DNA of 64,000 nucleotides, taken from contig NIVC01000384.1 in NCBI GenBank assembly GCA_002269645.1, forward strand, positions 547,526 to 611,525, given 5' to 3'. The notes under the pieces were generated by a model that worked only from the letters and a program-made list of their open reading frames with translations, did no database searches and was not told the origin of the DNA. This DNA comes from Macrostomum lignano. Taxonomy: Eukaryota. Made by a program: the position numbers and the translations under genes. Shown here piece after piece: positions 38,511 through 55,410 of the stretch (the stretch's first letter is position 1; each line of letters opens with the position of its first letter).

Positions 38511-39136
38511 ATTACATATTTATATACACATTCGATTTTAAACTGGTCATGGACTACTAAAAAAGAGATCTGAAATGAAATCCCGAAGAAGAATTTGACC
38601 CTATTCCAGATTCTAGATCTAGAAGTCTTTGTCCCATATTTCGGTGTCCTGTTGCTGGAATCCTATTATTCATAGGAGCTCGATAATTGTGTAAACAATC
38701 CACCAGCTTCAAATACAAATTGTGTAAACAATTCGGAGTTGTTGCTGAAACTGGGACCAAAAACTGGGGAAGTCGGTAAACAAAGTTGCTGGAGAATGAA
38801 GGAGATGGTCGAGGCTCTGAGTGACAGCATACAAGAAAGCAGACACAGCTACCGTTTTTAGATCGATTTATTAAAAATATTCGGCAATCCAGTTTGCTAC
38901 AAAGAAGGCAAAACTCCAACTAGAGAAGGCTCTAGGCTCTAGAGCACTGAGATATGTCAAATATAAAGTACATTCCTTTCCTTGAGACAATCCTCAAGAA
39001 AATTTCTAATTACAAGTGAGATCTTCTTTGCTTTTTGTGTGGACCAACGCAATTTTATAAAAAAAATCATTAATAAAGTCATTAATGAAAATTTAAAAAA
39101 TAAATTAGTCTATAAATTTGTTTGAATTAGAAAGTC
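38511..39136 (+). repeat. Dispersed repeat, copy 2
   Basis: Homologous to 33844-34548, with substitutions and indels. Confidence 0.85.
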
Positions 39137-39567
39137 TTGTAGATTTCGTACATTCTCATTCCCGAACGTTGTAGTCGTCATAAATGACTTTTGGTTTTTT
39201 ATATAAATTCTACCTCAGGAGGAAGCGGAATCCAGTAGCAGATCCAGTGGTAAACTCTGTTTTTCAACTCTCCACATGCCTCGCAGGTCACCAATTTTTT
39301 TTTACTTTTATATGCCGGTCCAGTGTCGTAAAATTTTTAATTTCCAACAGTTAGGCGAAGTGCTATAGCGTTAGCAGCACTAACTAGCTGGGGACACTGG
39401 GGACATGGTAAACAGTAGCCTTCAGTGCCACCCAGGCTTTGAAAGGTGTGAATCGCAGCAGTTGATGTGCAAATTGCCTGTCTGCATGCACTGACTATGA
39501 ATTCAATAGTTGAAGTTTCAGATCCCTAATGAATTCAGGTGTAAGACATTGTGCCGACTGGTAGTAT

Positions 39568-39954
39568 TTGGGGCGCCAGCACAATGGCGCACCAAGGGGC
39601 GCCAGCACCAAGGGGCGCCAGCACCAAGGGGCGCCAGCACCAAGGGGCGCCAGCACCAAGGGGCGCCAGCACCAAGGGGCGCCAGCACCAAGGGGCGCCA
39701 GCACCAAGGGGCGCCAGCACCAAGGGGCGCCAGCACCAAGGGGCGCCAGCACCAAGGGGCGCCAGCACCAAGGGGCGCCAGCACCAAGGGGCGCCAGCAC
39801 CAAGGGGCGCCAGCACCAAGGGGCGCCAGCACCAAGGGGCGCCAGCACCAAGGGGCGCCAGCACAAAGAGGCGCCAGCACAAAGAGGCGCCAGCACCAAG
39901 GGGCGCCAGCACCAAGGGGCGCCAGCACCAAGGGGCGCCAGCACCAAGGGGCCA
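39568..39954. repeat. 16-bp GC-rich minisatellite
   Basis: Unit gcaccaaggggcgcca. Confidence 0.95.
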
Positions 39955-40202
39955 GATGAGACGTCGGACTGACTGACAAAGCTCTGGAGTTTAGAAATGA
40001 GTTGAGTTTATCAGGTTTAAGAATGTATCTGTTGCACAATGAGGGTTTTATCAGTGAGTCAGGGAAGCCATTGATCCACACTAGTAGCAGGCCTCTCGCA
40101 GTCAGCCCATATCGGCTGCTTCTTGGAGCAGTTTTCCGAGAAACAGAATTAGTTTCGAAGAAAATTCTTTAGTGCATCGGCTCGTTCAAATCCTTCATTA
40201 TA

Positions 40203-40825
40203 TTTCAGAAATACCCCCTCAGATGCTTTAGTGTGTCAAAAATACCCCCTCAGATTTATGAGTGTCTCAGAAATACCCTCACATTTCTTAGTCTGTCTCA
40301 GAAATACCCCCCAGATGCTTCAGTGTGTCTCAGAAATACCTCCCCAGATGCTTTAGTGAGTCTCAGAAATACCCCTCAGAGTTTCTCAGTGTGTCTCAAA
40401 ATACCCCTCAGAGTTTCTCAGTGTGTCTCAAAATACCCCATCAGCTGCTTCAGTGTGTCTCAGACATACCTCCTCAGATGCTTCAGTGTGTCTCAGAAAT
40501 ACCCCCTCAGATGCTTCAGTGTGTTTCAGAAATACCCCTTCAGATGTATTAGTGTCTCAGTAATACCCCCTCAGATTTATTAGTGTCTCAGTAATACCCC
40601 CTCAGATGTATTAGTGTCTCAGTAATACCCCCTCAGATGTATTAGTGTCTCAGTAATACCCCCTCAGATGTATTAGTGTCTCAGTAATACCCCCTCAGAT
40701 GTATTAGTGTCTCAGTAATACCCCCTCAGATTTATTAGTGTCTCAGTAATACCCCCTCAGATGTATTAGTGTCTCAGTAATACCCCCTCAGATACTTCAG
40801 TGTGTCGCAGAAATTCCCCCTCAGA
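40203..40825. repeat. 31-33-bp minisatellite
   Basis: Homogeneous 31-bp unit tcagatgtattagtgtctcagtaataccccc distally; older ~33-bp variants proximally. Confidence 0.92.
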
Positions 40826-41654
40826 TTTGATCATGAAATTAGATTTGAATCTTAACAATCCCTCAAATATGTAAAATGCGAATTAAGCAAGGCAGTAACA
40901 GAGACTAATCCAGCATGATACGGCTTGCCAGCCAAGTGGAGGTGGGCAAACATGGCTCCTCAATATTTTTCATTTAGTCGCACGCATGCAGTCTTGATTT
41001 TAGCTTCATAGCTGTATAACTTTCCGTGTGCTACGGCGGCTTATCAATCAAATCAGAGAGATCGAACCCCCCCCCCCTACAGCCAGGGTCGGGGGTCGGG
41101 GTCTTTATCCACACATGCCCCCGTCAGCCACCAGCTGCACCAGCTATAAGTGGGCTCTGAAACCTGACCCCTGCCTCTCCCCGACCCCAGTAAACAGTCG
41201 GACCCCACCCACCCACGCGCAGCTAGGCAGCTCGAACCCCCGTAGCTTCCATTTAATCATCTTTCCTTTTAATACTTGTTGGCCAGGCCGTTCAATATTT
41301 GTCTTAATAGCTCGACCCACCTGCCCAGCCACCCCCCCCCGCCGACCCGCGAGATCCTTGAAGTCGTTGAATTTTTTTTCTATCGGTTCTATAAAACTGT
41401 CTTTACAACCTTGGGCCAAAGTGAGTCAGTCGATTAACTGGCACCCGCAGCTGGCGAGAAGCTGGCGTGACCGTTCGCCATCGTATTTACGATGTCAGTC
41501 TTTGTTCAAATGGGTGAGGTTGGCAGTCAGAAATGGTCATAGCCAGGTATCCCGAGCAATGATAGACAGAAATTAGAATAAGTCATAGCTGAGACATAGA
41601 GTCAGTCATGACCAACATTTAGAATTGGTCATAGCTGGCAATTTGTCATAGCAG

Positions 41655-41970
41655 GGAGTCGGAGTCGGTCATAACTGGGAATCAGAATCGGTCATAACTG
41701 GGAATCAGAATCGGTCATAACTGGGAATCAGAATCGGTCATAACTGGGAATCAGAATCGGTCATAACTGGGAATCAGAATCGGTCATAACTGGGAATCAG
41801 AATCGGTCATAACTGGGAATCAGAATCGGTCATAACTGGGAATCGGAGTCGGTCATAACTGGGAATCGGAGTCGGTCATAACTGGGAATCAGAATCGGTT
41901 ATAACTGGGAATCGGAGTTGGTCATAACTGGGAATCAGAATCTGTCATAACTGGGAATCAGAATCTGTCA
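41655..41970. repeat. 23-bp minisatellite
   Basis: Unit cataactgggaatcagaatcggt. Confidence 0.95.
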
Positions 41971-42498
41971 TATATTATACTTGTAGCTAGAAATCGATCA
42001 TAGCAAGGAATTAGAATGCTCATCTGTATCCCAGACACTTACTCTGTCTAGCAGACAGCAGAGCACAATGAAAGCAGCAAAGAGCATACATACGCGGTCG
42101 TACTAAGGCTGTAACTGCACCGCACAGCACCAGCTCCAGACCCGTGCACTCAAAACATTCGGGTAGCCAAAAACCGATAAAAATCTCTTCGGAGTCGAGT
42201 AGCTTAAAAAGATAGCGAGAGAGAGAGAGAGAGAGAGAGAGCAGGCGGCAGAATTTACAGCCATTCGAACTTTTTTGTCTGTTCGATTGAGACAGATTGG
42301 CGAGACAAAAAAGCAGCGGTTGAAAGCTGAGTTGCTGAGAATGAGAAGCAGGGGCTGGCGACTCAAGCAGTGCAGCTGGCGATCTTGATAAGAGGGGCTT
42401 TGAGACACGCGGCGACAGCTATAAACACTGAGTCGGTGAGCTCTGACGGCTGAGCAGGGTGGGCGGACTGACTCAAATATGCGGCGTCTATCTTATAC

Positions 42499-44287
<1,789 letters not shown>

Positions 44288-45171
44288 TAAAAACACCCTA
44301 AGGCACAGCGGAAATAGACTTAAAGAGTTGAAATTCGCTAGAAAACGTAGTAACCACTAGTTACCATAGCAATCAGGCATACAACGGATACAGGTGAGCA
44401 AACGCATTCGCTGTGGAAGTGGGCGTTCACTTGGCAAAGAGAAGGACTCAACCAATATTGACCTTCTTGCCCCCTTCAGTCTCGCTGCCTTTTGCAGCTT
44501 GCTTTGAATCACTTTTGCTGAAACAGTCCCAGGAAAGAACTTCGTCTTTAGCTCTGACTCTGACTGGCAAAACTTGTACTTGAGTCATCTGTGCCGTTGG
44601 AGTGGTCTAAAAAGGAAACACAGTTGCTTTGACAATCTGTGCCAAGTTTGCGCACTTTGCCTATTTCCTCTTCGGAGAGTTTGCTCACGAAGAAAATATG
44701 CTTTGTGTGCCGAAGGGGCCAGAAATACTTGAAGAGTTTCAGCGCTCTGTCTTCTTCTTCTTAGCTGGCAAAGCAATAAATTGTAGAGTTTGGCTTGGTG
44801 CCCCCCACCCCCCCCCCCCCCAGCTTAGTCAGGCTGATATGTCAAGTTCGCTTATCTAATCTGAGACAAGTATTAGCCAATATTTGTTCTGGAGTTATCC
44901 TGCTTTGAGCACACAGCCGACGGCCTAAGAGAGAGAGAGAAAGAGAGAGATATCTTCTGCTTTTGCGCCTGCAAGAAATTTTCTATTCTTATATAATGTA
45001 GGCGTATTTTGGAGACTTAGACTAGGAACTCGCTTCTTGCTCAAACTCTCCTGGCTTCGAGTTGCTAAGGCTGGTTCGTGGAGTTCTTAGATATTCAGTC
45101 TGGATTGGACTGAGCCGCCTTTAACTCATATGCAGTGTCAATTTCTGCCCACACAAGACGTTCCGTAAGTA

Positions 45172-45483
<312 letters not shown>

Positions 45484-46159
45484 TTTAGGTCTGTATTTCT
45501 CACCTATTTAATTTATGCTATTTTTGACCTTCCTAGGGACTCAGCAATTTCCTATCCATATTCTAGCTAATGCTCCACGGCCAGGACTCCATCAACCCTG
45601 CCAGTCTAGAGCTTAGCCAGGGACTTCTCTAAGTCATGCTATCTTATAACTGATACTGCTCGACCTCTTGTCGCTCCTTATCTCCTTGGTGCAATCTAGA
45701 CTCGTAGCGCGGTTTTATTGTCTGGGCAGCTTTAAAAATGAAAATCATTCCGACCGGCACGATATCGCAGTTGAGAATCTCAATCAACGAGTAGTGCGAT
45801 CTGGGGGGTTTCAAGTTGAGGGGGGGACCAATATCGTATGTAGGCGTGACTCGCGGCCCACCAGTGCGGATTTCAAGCTCGGAGACTTCCAAGTTAGTCT
45901 CGCGGAGCAGAACAATGAGACTCACTTTCTGATTGATGCCTCGGGAGACCTCTGTGTGTGTTTGTCTGAGTCAGAGCAACGTGCGCGGGTCTGCTGAGTG
46001 AGCGTTTTGCGCAATTCCGAGCTCTGGAAAAGATTTTTATTGAACTCAATTGCTCTGTTAGAGTGGCTGTTAGGTCACTGTCTAGATATTAGAATCATTC
46101 TGCAAGAACTGCATGCTGGATGAATGAGTCAAGATTACCTGTTTGTTGATATGGCTACC

Positions 46160-46400
46160 CAGCTGTTAGACAAGGATAAATGCCTGTTAGACATGGATAC
46201 CTGGCTGTTAGACATGGATACCTGGCTGTTAGACATGGATACCTGGCTGTTAGACATGGATACCTGGCTGTTAGACATGGATACCTGGCTGTTAGACATG
46301 GGTACCTGGCTGTTAGACATGGATACCTGGCTGTTAGACATGGATACCTGGCTGTTAGACATGGATACTTGCCTGTTAGACATGGATACCTGCCTGTTAG
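46160..46400. repeat. 21-bp minisatellite
   Basis: Unit gttagacatggatacctggct. Confidence 0.95.
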
Positions 46401-47062
46401 AGATATTAGATAAAGCTACAAAACTACAGTTAGTGTAAAAATGCATTGGCTGTTAGACAAAGATACACCTTAAACAAAAAAATCATAAACACTATCTACA
46501 TACCCTTCCGCCCAAAGGGGCATAGAATAGCGCAATAAAAATATAATATAAAACATCATTTTACTGCGAAGACCATCAATTTCGTACCTTTTTCATTTGT
46601 TAAGGAATTTTCGGTTAACAATTCACAATTCAGCACATTAGGCGTCTCTAAGAATCGTGCATATATTTGAATAATTTAGCAAGCTAATTTAACTTAAGTT
46701 TCGCCTCTGATCCGCGCTCAGTGATAAATTTTCGGACTTGCTGAAATTTCTTTGCTGTGCCAGAAATTCTGTACAGAAATGCAGACCGTAGGGCCACTTT
46801 TGCTCTGGATTTCAGACACTCAACTCGGTTTTAAACAGCTTGGATACGGGCCATATCTGCGAATTAATAAATATATGAATGATGTCCCGCGGGGCTGGCA
46901 GTAAAAACCGGTCTTTGTGGTCGTGCGCCTTGATTGTCTGCCTCATTTTTTAAACAAAATACGCAACCTTTTCCAAGGAGTCCAGGAACCGAAGTCTGGA
47001 GTGCCGAAGACATGGGATGGGGCGTTTTCACAACACAAGTCTCAATCACCTAAACCCTCTTA

Positions 47063-47362
47063 TATAAGACCTAAACTTTAAAAGACCTAAAATTCATAAG
47101 AAGACTTAAATAAGACCTAAACTTTATAAGACCTAAACTTCATGAGACCTAAACTTCATGAGACCTAAACTTCATGAGACCTAAACTTCATGAGACCTAA
47201 ACTTCACGGGATCTAAACTTCATGAGATCTCAGCTTCATAAGGCCTAAACTTCATGAGATCTCAGCTTCATAAGGCCTAAACTTCATGAGATCTCAGCTT
47301 CATAAGGCCTAAACTTCATGAGATCTCAGCTTCATAAGGCCTAAACTTCATGAGATCTAGAC
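47063..47362. repeat. 16-bp minisatellite grading into a 32-bp dimeric unit
   Basis: agacctaaacttcatg, then aaacttcatgagatctcagcttcataaggcct. Confidence 0.9.
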
Positions 47363-48034
47363 TTTTAATTGAGGATTTGATATTTTGGCTTCAGTATTCA
47401 TAGTATATTAATACCCATAATATAAGAGCTTATAGCTGTTATTTGAAGGTCATGGTATGGCTATATTGGCCCACTGTTCTAGCTTGGTACGCTTTGCCCT
47501 AGGACCTAATATGTAATGGACCCTCAAAAATGGAGTTATGATAACTTCAGTAAAATATGAATAGGATAAACTCGCGTATCTTCCTTTGTGTGCATTGTGA
47601 GTCACCCCACCTATCCCCAGGGGAACCCTGGTTCAGTTTGCTCACTTACAATTTATAATATTATTTTTTGCCGTTCCAATTTTCATAGAATATTTTAACT
47701 TGAATTTTTTATCTCTTTTTTTTAGCTAAGCAAAATGTCTCTTTGTTAGCGCCGATGCAGGAAATGGGGGCGGTCAAAATTGCTGCGGTTTTTAAGTAAC
47801 AGCCTGCAAAGTTTTTCTTTTTGCTCTTTCTGTTTAATACTTTTGCGCAGAAATCGGGACTTCGGCTTACTCATTTTGGCCGACTCGGCTGAGGGGGGGG
47901 GCTGTCCAGTCTCTGGGCCTGGACAATGGCGCAGAGAAAACAAAGAGGAGACGGATGGAAACTCCTGTTGACATTGCTTTTACATGCATTCGCTGGGCGC
48001 TGAATTTTTACCGAATTGAAGTGCTGCAAATTGG

Positions 48035-48450
48035 AATGGTAGTGCTGTAATGAGAGTGCTTTTTGGAGTGCTGTAATGAGAGTGCTTTTTGGAGTGCTGT
48101 AATGGGAGTGCTTTTATGAGAGTACTTTTATAGTAGTGCTTTTATGGGAGTTCTATAGTAGGAGTTTTGTAATGTGAATGCTGTCGTGGGAGTGCTGTAA
48201 TGGGTGTGCTGTAATGGGAGTGCTGTAATGGGTGTGCTGTAATGGGAGTGCTGTAATGGGTGTGCTGTAATGGGTGTGCTGTAATGGGTGTGCTGTAATG
48301 GGAGTGCTGTAATGGGTGTGCTGTAATGGGTGTGCTGTAATGGGTGTGCTGTAATGGGTGTGCTGTAATGGGTGTGCTGTAATGGGTGTGCTGTAATGGG
48401 TGTGCTGTAATGGGTGTGCTGTAATGTACTGTAATGAGATGCTGTAATTG
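48035..48450. repeat. 14-bp minisatellite
   Basis: Unit gtgctgtaatggg(t/a). Confidence 0.93.
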
Positions 48451-49744
48451 CACGCGGTTTTTTTATTGCTCTATTAGGACACTAATGTGAACCTGTAATG
48501 CAGTTCTGTAATTTTTTCCTACGACGCCGGGGTGGTGCTGCAAATGGGGCATTGCAAAGAACTGGCGGTCCAAGTTGAAGTCTGCAAGAACTGAAGACTT
48601 CAAACAGTAACTCAACTATCTGATATAGATCTTCTTACTCCGATTAAATTTATGGCTTAGATTTACACAGGATTGCTCTTATCATTAATACCATATGGGT
48701 GTTCCCCTATGCAGCTTCATCCCCAGCATCCCCCAGATGCACTTACGCAGTTCCGTCTGTTCACCTCTGTGTGGCAGCCAGCTGATGAAGCTCTGCTGCT
48801 GGGGGCTCGGGGCACATCCCCCCCATACTTGCTTGACTCGGTCGGGATTTCATGATTGCGGCCGTTTGTTACGAAAAAGGCCACTTCTGTTTCGCGGAAA
48901 GGCGGCCATTCAGTCAGTCATTCGTTTGTTGTAAGAAACGGGTTGGCGCGACCACCGCGGCTGCAGCAGCAAGACCCCGCTCCCCAATCTACTGGAAAAA
49001 GAGACACATTCGAAATTCGAGAGCTACTTTTTTGAAAGGCGTGGAAGCTTCATCAGTCAGAATCCTTTCTGCGCCATGGATTTCGAATAAGTTTAGTGTC
49101 TGGATTGGATAATTGAACAAAAAGCGCTGCCTTTTCGCTTCTACCCGGATCCTGCAAACCTTAGGAGTCCCTGGTCCCAGAGCCCGCTCCCATGGCCCTC
49201 CCTGTCCTCTCCGCTGCAGGCTTTTAACTCGGATGTCGCGTGCCCCCCTGCGTCATCTCCCGCATTAGAAACTGGGTGTAAACACATGGTTGGGCAAAGT
49301 CTGTACAAGTTACAGCATTCCCTGCTCCCTACCTGAAATCCCCTCCACCGCGCTTACCCCCCGCGGCGGTCCTCGCCACTTTGCCAATAGCGGACCTGCG
49401 GGGCTCCCAAGGGGGGGGGGCTGTTGGCGGTTTAAACAAGTAGAAATTCGGACCAGGAATTGCTTTCCGGCTTTGTAGCGCCAGGGTTGGATATCCCGGA
49501 ACCCAAACAGGCAGCGGCTTATTGCAAGCAGGTGAATAACTTTCCCTTCACTTGGGGAGGGGGGGGGGTTGGATTAAATGGCCACCCGACAGTCCCTCGG
49601 GCCTCCGTGGTCTCTAGCCAAGTTATTTTTCGAGTTTTACTTCGACATAACCAAAAAGGATATCTCCATGAATCAACTGCAGCCCGGGAAAGACAAATTT
49701 CTAGCATTGGGGGGTCTTCGAGTTTTTCTGATTCTATTAATAGA

Positions 49745-50268
49745 TGTCCTCGATCGAATAGCTTGGGAGTCTCTTGATCGAACAGCTTGGGAGTCCCTTG
49801 ATCGAACAGCTTGGGAGTCCCTTGATCGAACAGCCAGACAGTCCCTTGATCGAACAGCCAGACAGTCCCTTGATCTAACAGCTTGTGAGTCCCTTGATCG
49901 AACAGCCAGACAGTCCCTTGATCGAACAGCCAGACAGTCCCTTGATCGAACAGCTTGGGAGTGCCTTGATCGAACAGCCAGACAGTCCCTTGATCGAACA
50001 GCCAGACAGTCCCTTGATCGAACAGCCAGACAGTCCCTTGATCGAACAGCCAGACAGTCCCTTGATCGAACAGCCAGACAGTCCCTTGATCGAACAGCCA
50101 GACAGTCCCTTGATCGAACAGCCAGACAGTCCCTTGATCGAACAGCCAGACAGTCCCTTGATCGAACAGCCAGACAGTGCCTTGATCGAACAGCCAGACA
50201 GTCCCTTGATCGAACAGCCAGACAGTCCCTTGATCGAACAGCCAGACAGTCCCTTGATCGAACAGTCA
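49745..50268. repeat. 24-bp minisatellite
   Basis: Unit cttgatcgaacagccagacagtcc. Confidence 0.95.
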
Positions 50269-51129
50269 TATAACCTGGAATAGCAAAGGCGATATTGGCT
50301 CACACTAATATGCGAGGGAGGGCACAGCTTATAGAAATTTCAAGTATGGGCGGAGCCAAGCTGAGAGCATGGGGAAGGGAAGAGCCCTCGAATCCGCGCG
50401 GGTTTACTCACTGTGTCCGCGTGATCTAATAATAAGAGCCACTTAACGAGACGGCAGGTGTGGCTTTCGCTCTCCGTAGGCGAGTGACTCAATACCGTAG
50501 ATATCAAGCAGGCGATAGAGAATGGAACTATAGCGGTCTCCTAGCGGCCACTCGCTCCGTTTCTCAACAACAGTTTTAACCTCCGGACCCGGCTGACTGC
50601 AGCCAATTTTAGGCTTCATTGTTGAGAATTGAATAGCAACTCGCAGTTTTACCACAGCGCGGAGGTGGGAGAATGAGTTGGAAACACTGTTGCTTTGAAG
50701 AATGGGGTGAGTCCTGTCGAGGAAGCGTGTATGGGGAAATGAAGTTGAGGAGTTTTACAACCAAGCAGGTCTGGGAACCCCCCCAGAGACCAACCTCGCC
50801 GTGTGCCTTAAAACTGTGTGAAATTGTCAATCAAAAGAGCCAGTCTTGATTGACAGCTGGGCAGGTAAGGGGGAGCTTGGCCCGCTGCATCTCCCTAGCC
50901 AGGTGAAGCGAAAGCAGACTCAGGAAATGAGTAGGAGGGAGGCAGCGCTCCTCAGCCAAAAAAAGAAATGTTTAAGTTTTGCAGAAATTCTCCCAATACT
51001 TCGGCGTTGCATGGCTGAACTCTCAGCTGGTTTGCTAGCGAAATCACCTGGAGCAGTCAGGAACGGTTGGCATATGTAAATTATTTTATAACTTCCCAAA
51101 AGCAGCTTTGCTAATTAGCTTCTACTGTG

Positions 51130-51880
51130 CCTGACCCCCTCTAAATCCCCTGACCCCTTCTAATTACTCTGACCCCTTCTAGTTTCCCTGACCCTTCTAG
51201 TTCCCCTGACCCCTTCTAGTTTCCCTGACCCTTCCAGTTCCCCTGACCCCTTCTAGTTCCCCTGACCCCTTCTAGTTCCTCTGACCCCTTCTAGTTTCCC
51301 TGACCCTTCTACGAGTAGTTCCCCTGACCCCTTCTAGTTCCCCTGACCCCTTCTAGTTCCCCTGACCCCTTCTAGTTCCCTTGACCCCTTTCTAGTTCCC
51401 CTGACCCCTTCTAGTTCCTCTGACCCCTTCTAGTTCCCTTGACCCCTTTCTAGTTCCCCTGACCCCTTCTAGTTCCTCTGACCCCTTCTAGTTCCCCTGA
51501 CTCCTTCTAGTTCCTCTGACCCCTTCTAGTTCCCTTGACCCCTTTCTAGTTCCCCTGACCCCTTCTAGTTCCTCTGACCCCTTCTAGTTCCCTTGACCCC
51601 TTTCTAGTTCCCCTGACCCCTTCTAGTTTCCCTGACCCTTCTACGAGTAGTTCCCCTGCACCTCTTCCAGTTCCCCTGACCCTTTTAGTTCCTCTGACCC
51701 CTTCTAGTTCCCCTGACCCCTTCTAGTTCCCCTGACCCCTTCTAGTTCCCTTGACCCCTTTCTAGTTCCCCTGACCCCTTCTAGTTCCCCTGACCCCTTC
51801 TAGTTCCCCTGGCCCCTTCTAGTTCCCTTGACCCCTTCTAGTTCCCTTGACCCCTTCTAGTTCCCCTGACCCCTTCTAGC
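51130..51880. repeat. ~20-bp pyrimidine-rich minisatellite
   Basis: Unit ctgaccccttctagttcccc with 19-21-bp variants. Confidence 0.95.
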
Positions 51881-52544
51881 ACCCGAGCTTAGTCAACAAT
51901 CTGACAACAATCTAACATCTAGCTTAGCAAAACAATTTAGTCAGGTTTTTTACCACAGCTACCAAATCCGCTGTCTACAGTGTCTGATTCAATACACTGT
52001 GTGCTAGCGCCAAGCCCACCAGTCGGTATAAGCCCGTGGCTGTTAGTCAGACCGGCTGGCAGGCAGACAGGCAGACAAGACGTCGTCAGTTCCTGCCTAG
52101 ACGGGTGGATTGGCGACGCTGTCTGCCCCCCTCTCTTCTTCCCCGAGGCTTCGCCAGCCAGCCGCGGCTGCTGCAGCGACCGTCAGGCAGGCAGACAGAG
52201 GCGGAGTCTCCCAGTCCACAAGCAGAGCTCAGCCAGCTCTCATTGAATTCAAGAAGAAGCCACCTTCTTCTCCAGAAAGGGCCCCCCTTGCGTGCACGCA
52301 AGCTAACCGGCCCACATGATAGCTAAAGGGGATTTAGCAGCACGATAATAATATAACAACACAGAGATTGGTTGGATAATGCCAGCCCTCTCTGACCTCC
52401 AGCGAACACGCGCTACCGCATTGGCATTAAAAGACCAATTATTAGATAACAATAGTAATATGAATAATAATAATGATGGGGAAGAAAAGTTGAGAATAAA
52501 ATTCCTCGCAACGTTCAAAGCCAGAAGACGGGAGTTATAATAAA

Positions 52545-53545
52545 TGACAGAACAGACAACAGACAAGACAGTGAATGATTGAGTGACAAAACAGTGAATG
52601 ATTGAGTGACAAAACAGTGAATGATTGAGTGACAAGACAGTGAATGATTGAGTGACAAAACAGTGAATGATTGAGTGACAATACAGTGAATGAGAGATTG
52701 ACGCGACAGTGAATGATAGAGTGACACGAAAGTGAATGAGAGAGCCAGCCAGAGTGACAAGACAGTGTTTGAGAGAGTGAAAAGCGAGTGAATGAGAGAG
52801 CCAGCCAGAGTGACAAGAGTGTGAATGAGGGAGTGAAAAGCGAGTGAATGAGAGAGCCAGCCAGAGTGACAAGACAGTGATTGAGAGAGCGAAAAGCGAG
52901 TGAATGAGAGAGCCAACCAGAGGGACAAGACAGTGAATGAGGGAATGAAAAGCGAGTGAATGAGAGAGCCAGCCAGAGTGACAAGACAGTGAATGAGGGA
53001 ATGAAAAGCGAGTGAATGAGAGAGCCAGCCAGAGTGACAAGACAGTGAATGAGGGAGTGAAAAGCGAGTGAAAGAGAGAGCCAGCCAGAGTGACAAGACA
53101 GTATTTGAGAGAGTGAAAAGCGAGTGAAAGAGAGAGCCAGCCAGAGTGACAAGACAGTGATTGAGAGAGCGAAAAGCGAGTGAATGAGAGAGCCAGCCAG
53201 AGTGACAAGACAGTGATTGAGAGAGTGAAAAGCGAGTGAATGAGAGAGCCAGCCAGAGTGACAAGACAGTGAATGAGGGAATGAAAAGCGAGTGAATGAG
53301 AGAGCCAGCCAGAGTGACAAGACAGTGAATGAGGGAGTGAAAAGCGAGTGAAAGAGAGAGCCAGCCAGAGTGACAAGACAGTATTTGAGAGAGTGAAGAG
53401 CGAGTGAATGACAGAGCCAGCCAGAGTGACAAGACAGTGATTGAGAGAGCGAAAAGCGAGTGAATGAGAGAGCCAACCGGAGTGACAAGACAGTGAATGA
53501 GGGAGTGAAAAGCGAGTGAATGAGAGAGCCAGCCAGAGTGACAGA
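52545..53545. repeat. 23-bp array abutting a related 56-bp purine-rich minisatellite
   Basis: acagtgaatgattgagtgacaa(a/g) period 23 (52568, 52591, 52614), then the 56-bp unit gagtgaatgagagagccagccagagtgacaagacagtgaatgagggagtgaaaagc. Confidence 0.95.
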
Positions 53546-54417
53546 GCTGGTGATCCAGCAGGAATGCGGACGCAGCTAAAAGCCGGTCGCTAATGGGTCT
53601 GCAGACACAACCATAGACTTGACTGATCTGTGCCCAGCCACTCAATGCTTGGTATTATAGCCATCCACTTTCAGCCACGGGCCGCGCTGTCCTCTCCCCG
53701 CCCCCGCTCCCCAATTCTATCCGCTGTAAAAGCAAACCAATTGACCTGTTTGCCCGGCCCAATACAAATGTATATACATACTTATCGGGAGAAAAAAACA
53801 CAGAATCCCGGGTCAAAAGCGTTTCCAGCAGCTAATGGCTGGCAATTTGCCCATTGGCATCCCAGAAATTCTCCTCTTTGACTTTAAAATCCCGGGATAT
53901 CGAGGGTAAGAAGCGCCAATGTGACGGCGCTTGCAACTCGAGATTCGAGTTCTCCGACACATGTTGCAGTCAGTTCCCGGGCTCTGGATTGGCGAAGTGG
54001 CTTAAAGCGTTTTTTAAATCACCCGAGCCTCAGCAGCCACGCCATTGGGTGCCGGACAGAGCCGGGCGATCCATTGGACACAAAACTTGCCATTAAACAG
54101 TTTTCTTCTCCAAGGCCGAAGCCAAGCCATGCTCGAGGATTTGTCTTTGCAGGCTTTTTTGTTCCCCTAGTAGAAAGCCAGTTTTCATTCCTGGACCGCC
54201 GCAGGAGTTGCTGCCCTGATTGGCAGCTGAAAATAAAAGCAAAACTGCATTTAATTTCAGTTTCTGTTACAACTACAACGAAGTCTGACGAAACTGTTCC
54301 ATGGCTGCAACTCCAATCTGCCAGCTGTTTTGCTGCTGAGAACTGCTTCTAGAAGAGACTAGTCCGGAAACACTTCCTCTACGGCAGGTAAGCTCTTTCC
54401 AATGGCTCAAGTAAATC

Positions 54418-54494
<77 letters not shown>
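54418..54494. repeat. Compound (GATT)n(GATA)n microsatellite
   Basis: Direct inspection. Confidence 0.95.
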
Positions 54495-54887
54495 CGAGGT
54501 AAAATCCACCTGGGCGAACCAGCATCGGATTCTGTCCAAAAGCCCAACAACATTAATGATACTCGTCGCAGTGAACTGAAATTTTCTAACTTTCTGTGCC
54601 AGAAAAACTTTTATTCTCTTGTTTGTTTTCTCCTAAGTCGCGAAATCGGCAAGATTAGTCATCTCTGTTGCATTTTTTACCGTCTTGTTTAAATGCGCAT
54701 TTCCCGCGGCCTTTACAGCGGTCTCTTTAACACGATGAAAATATTCTGGCCAAGAAATTTAGCTCGTTAATTTTTTAAGTTCGAAATTTTCCAATTGGAC
54801 GCCGCAAGGTTGCTGATGAAGGTTACAATAGTTGGCTTATTCAGCATCCTCGGCCTCACCTTCAGTGGAATTGTGAAGCTATGCAAA

Positions 54888-55410
<523 letters not shown>

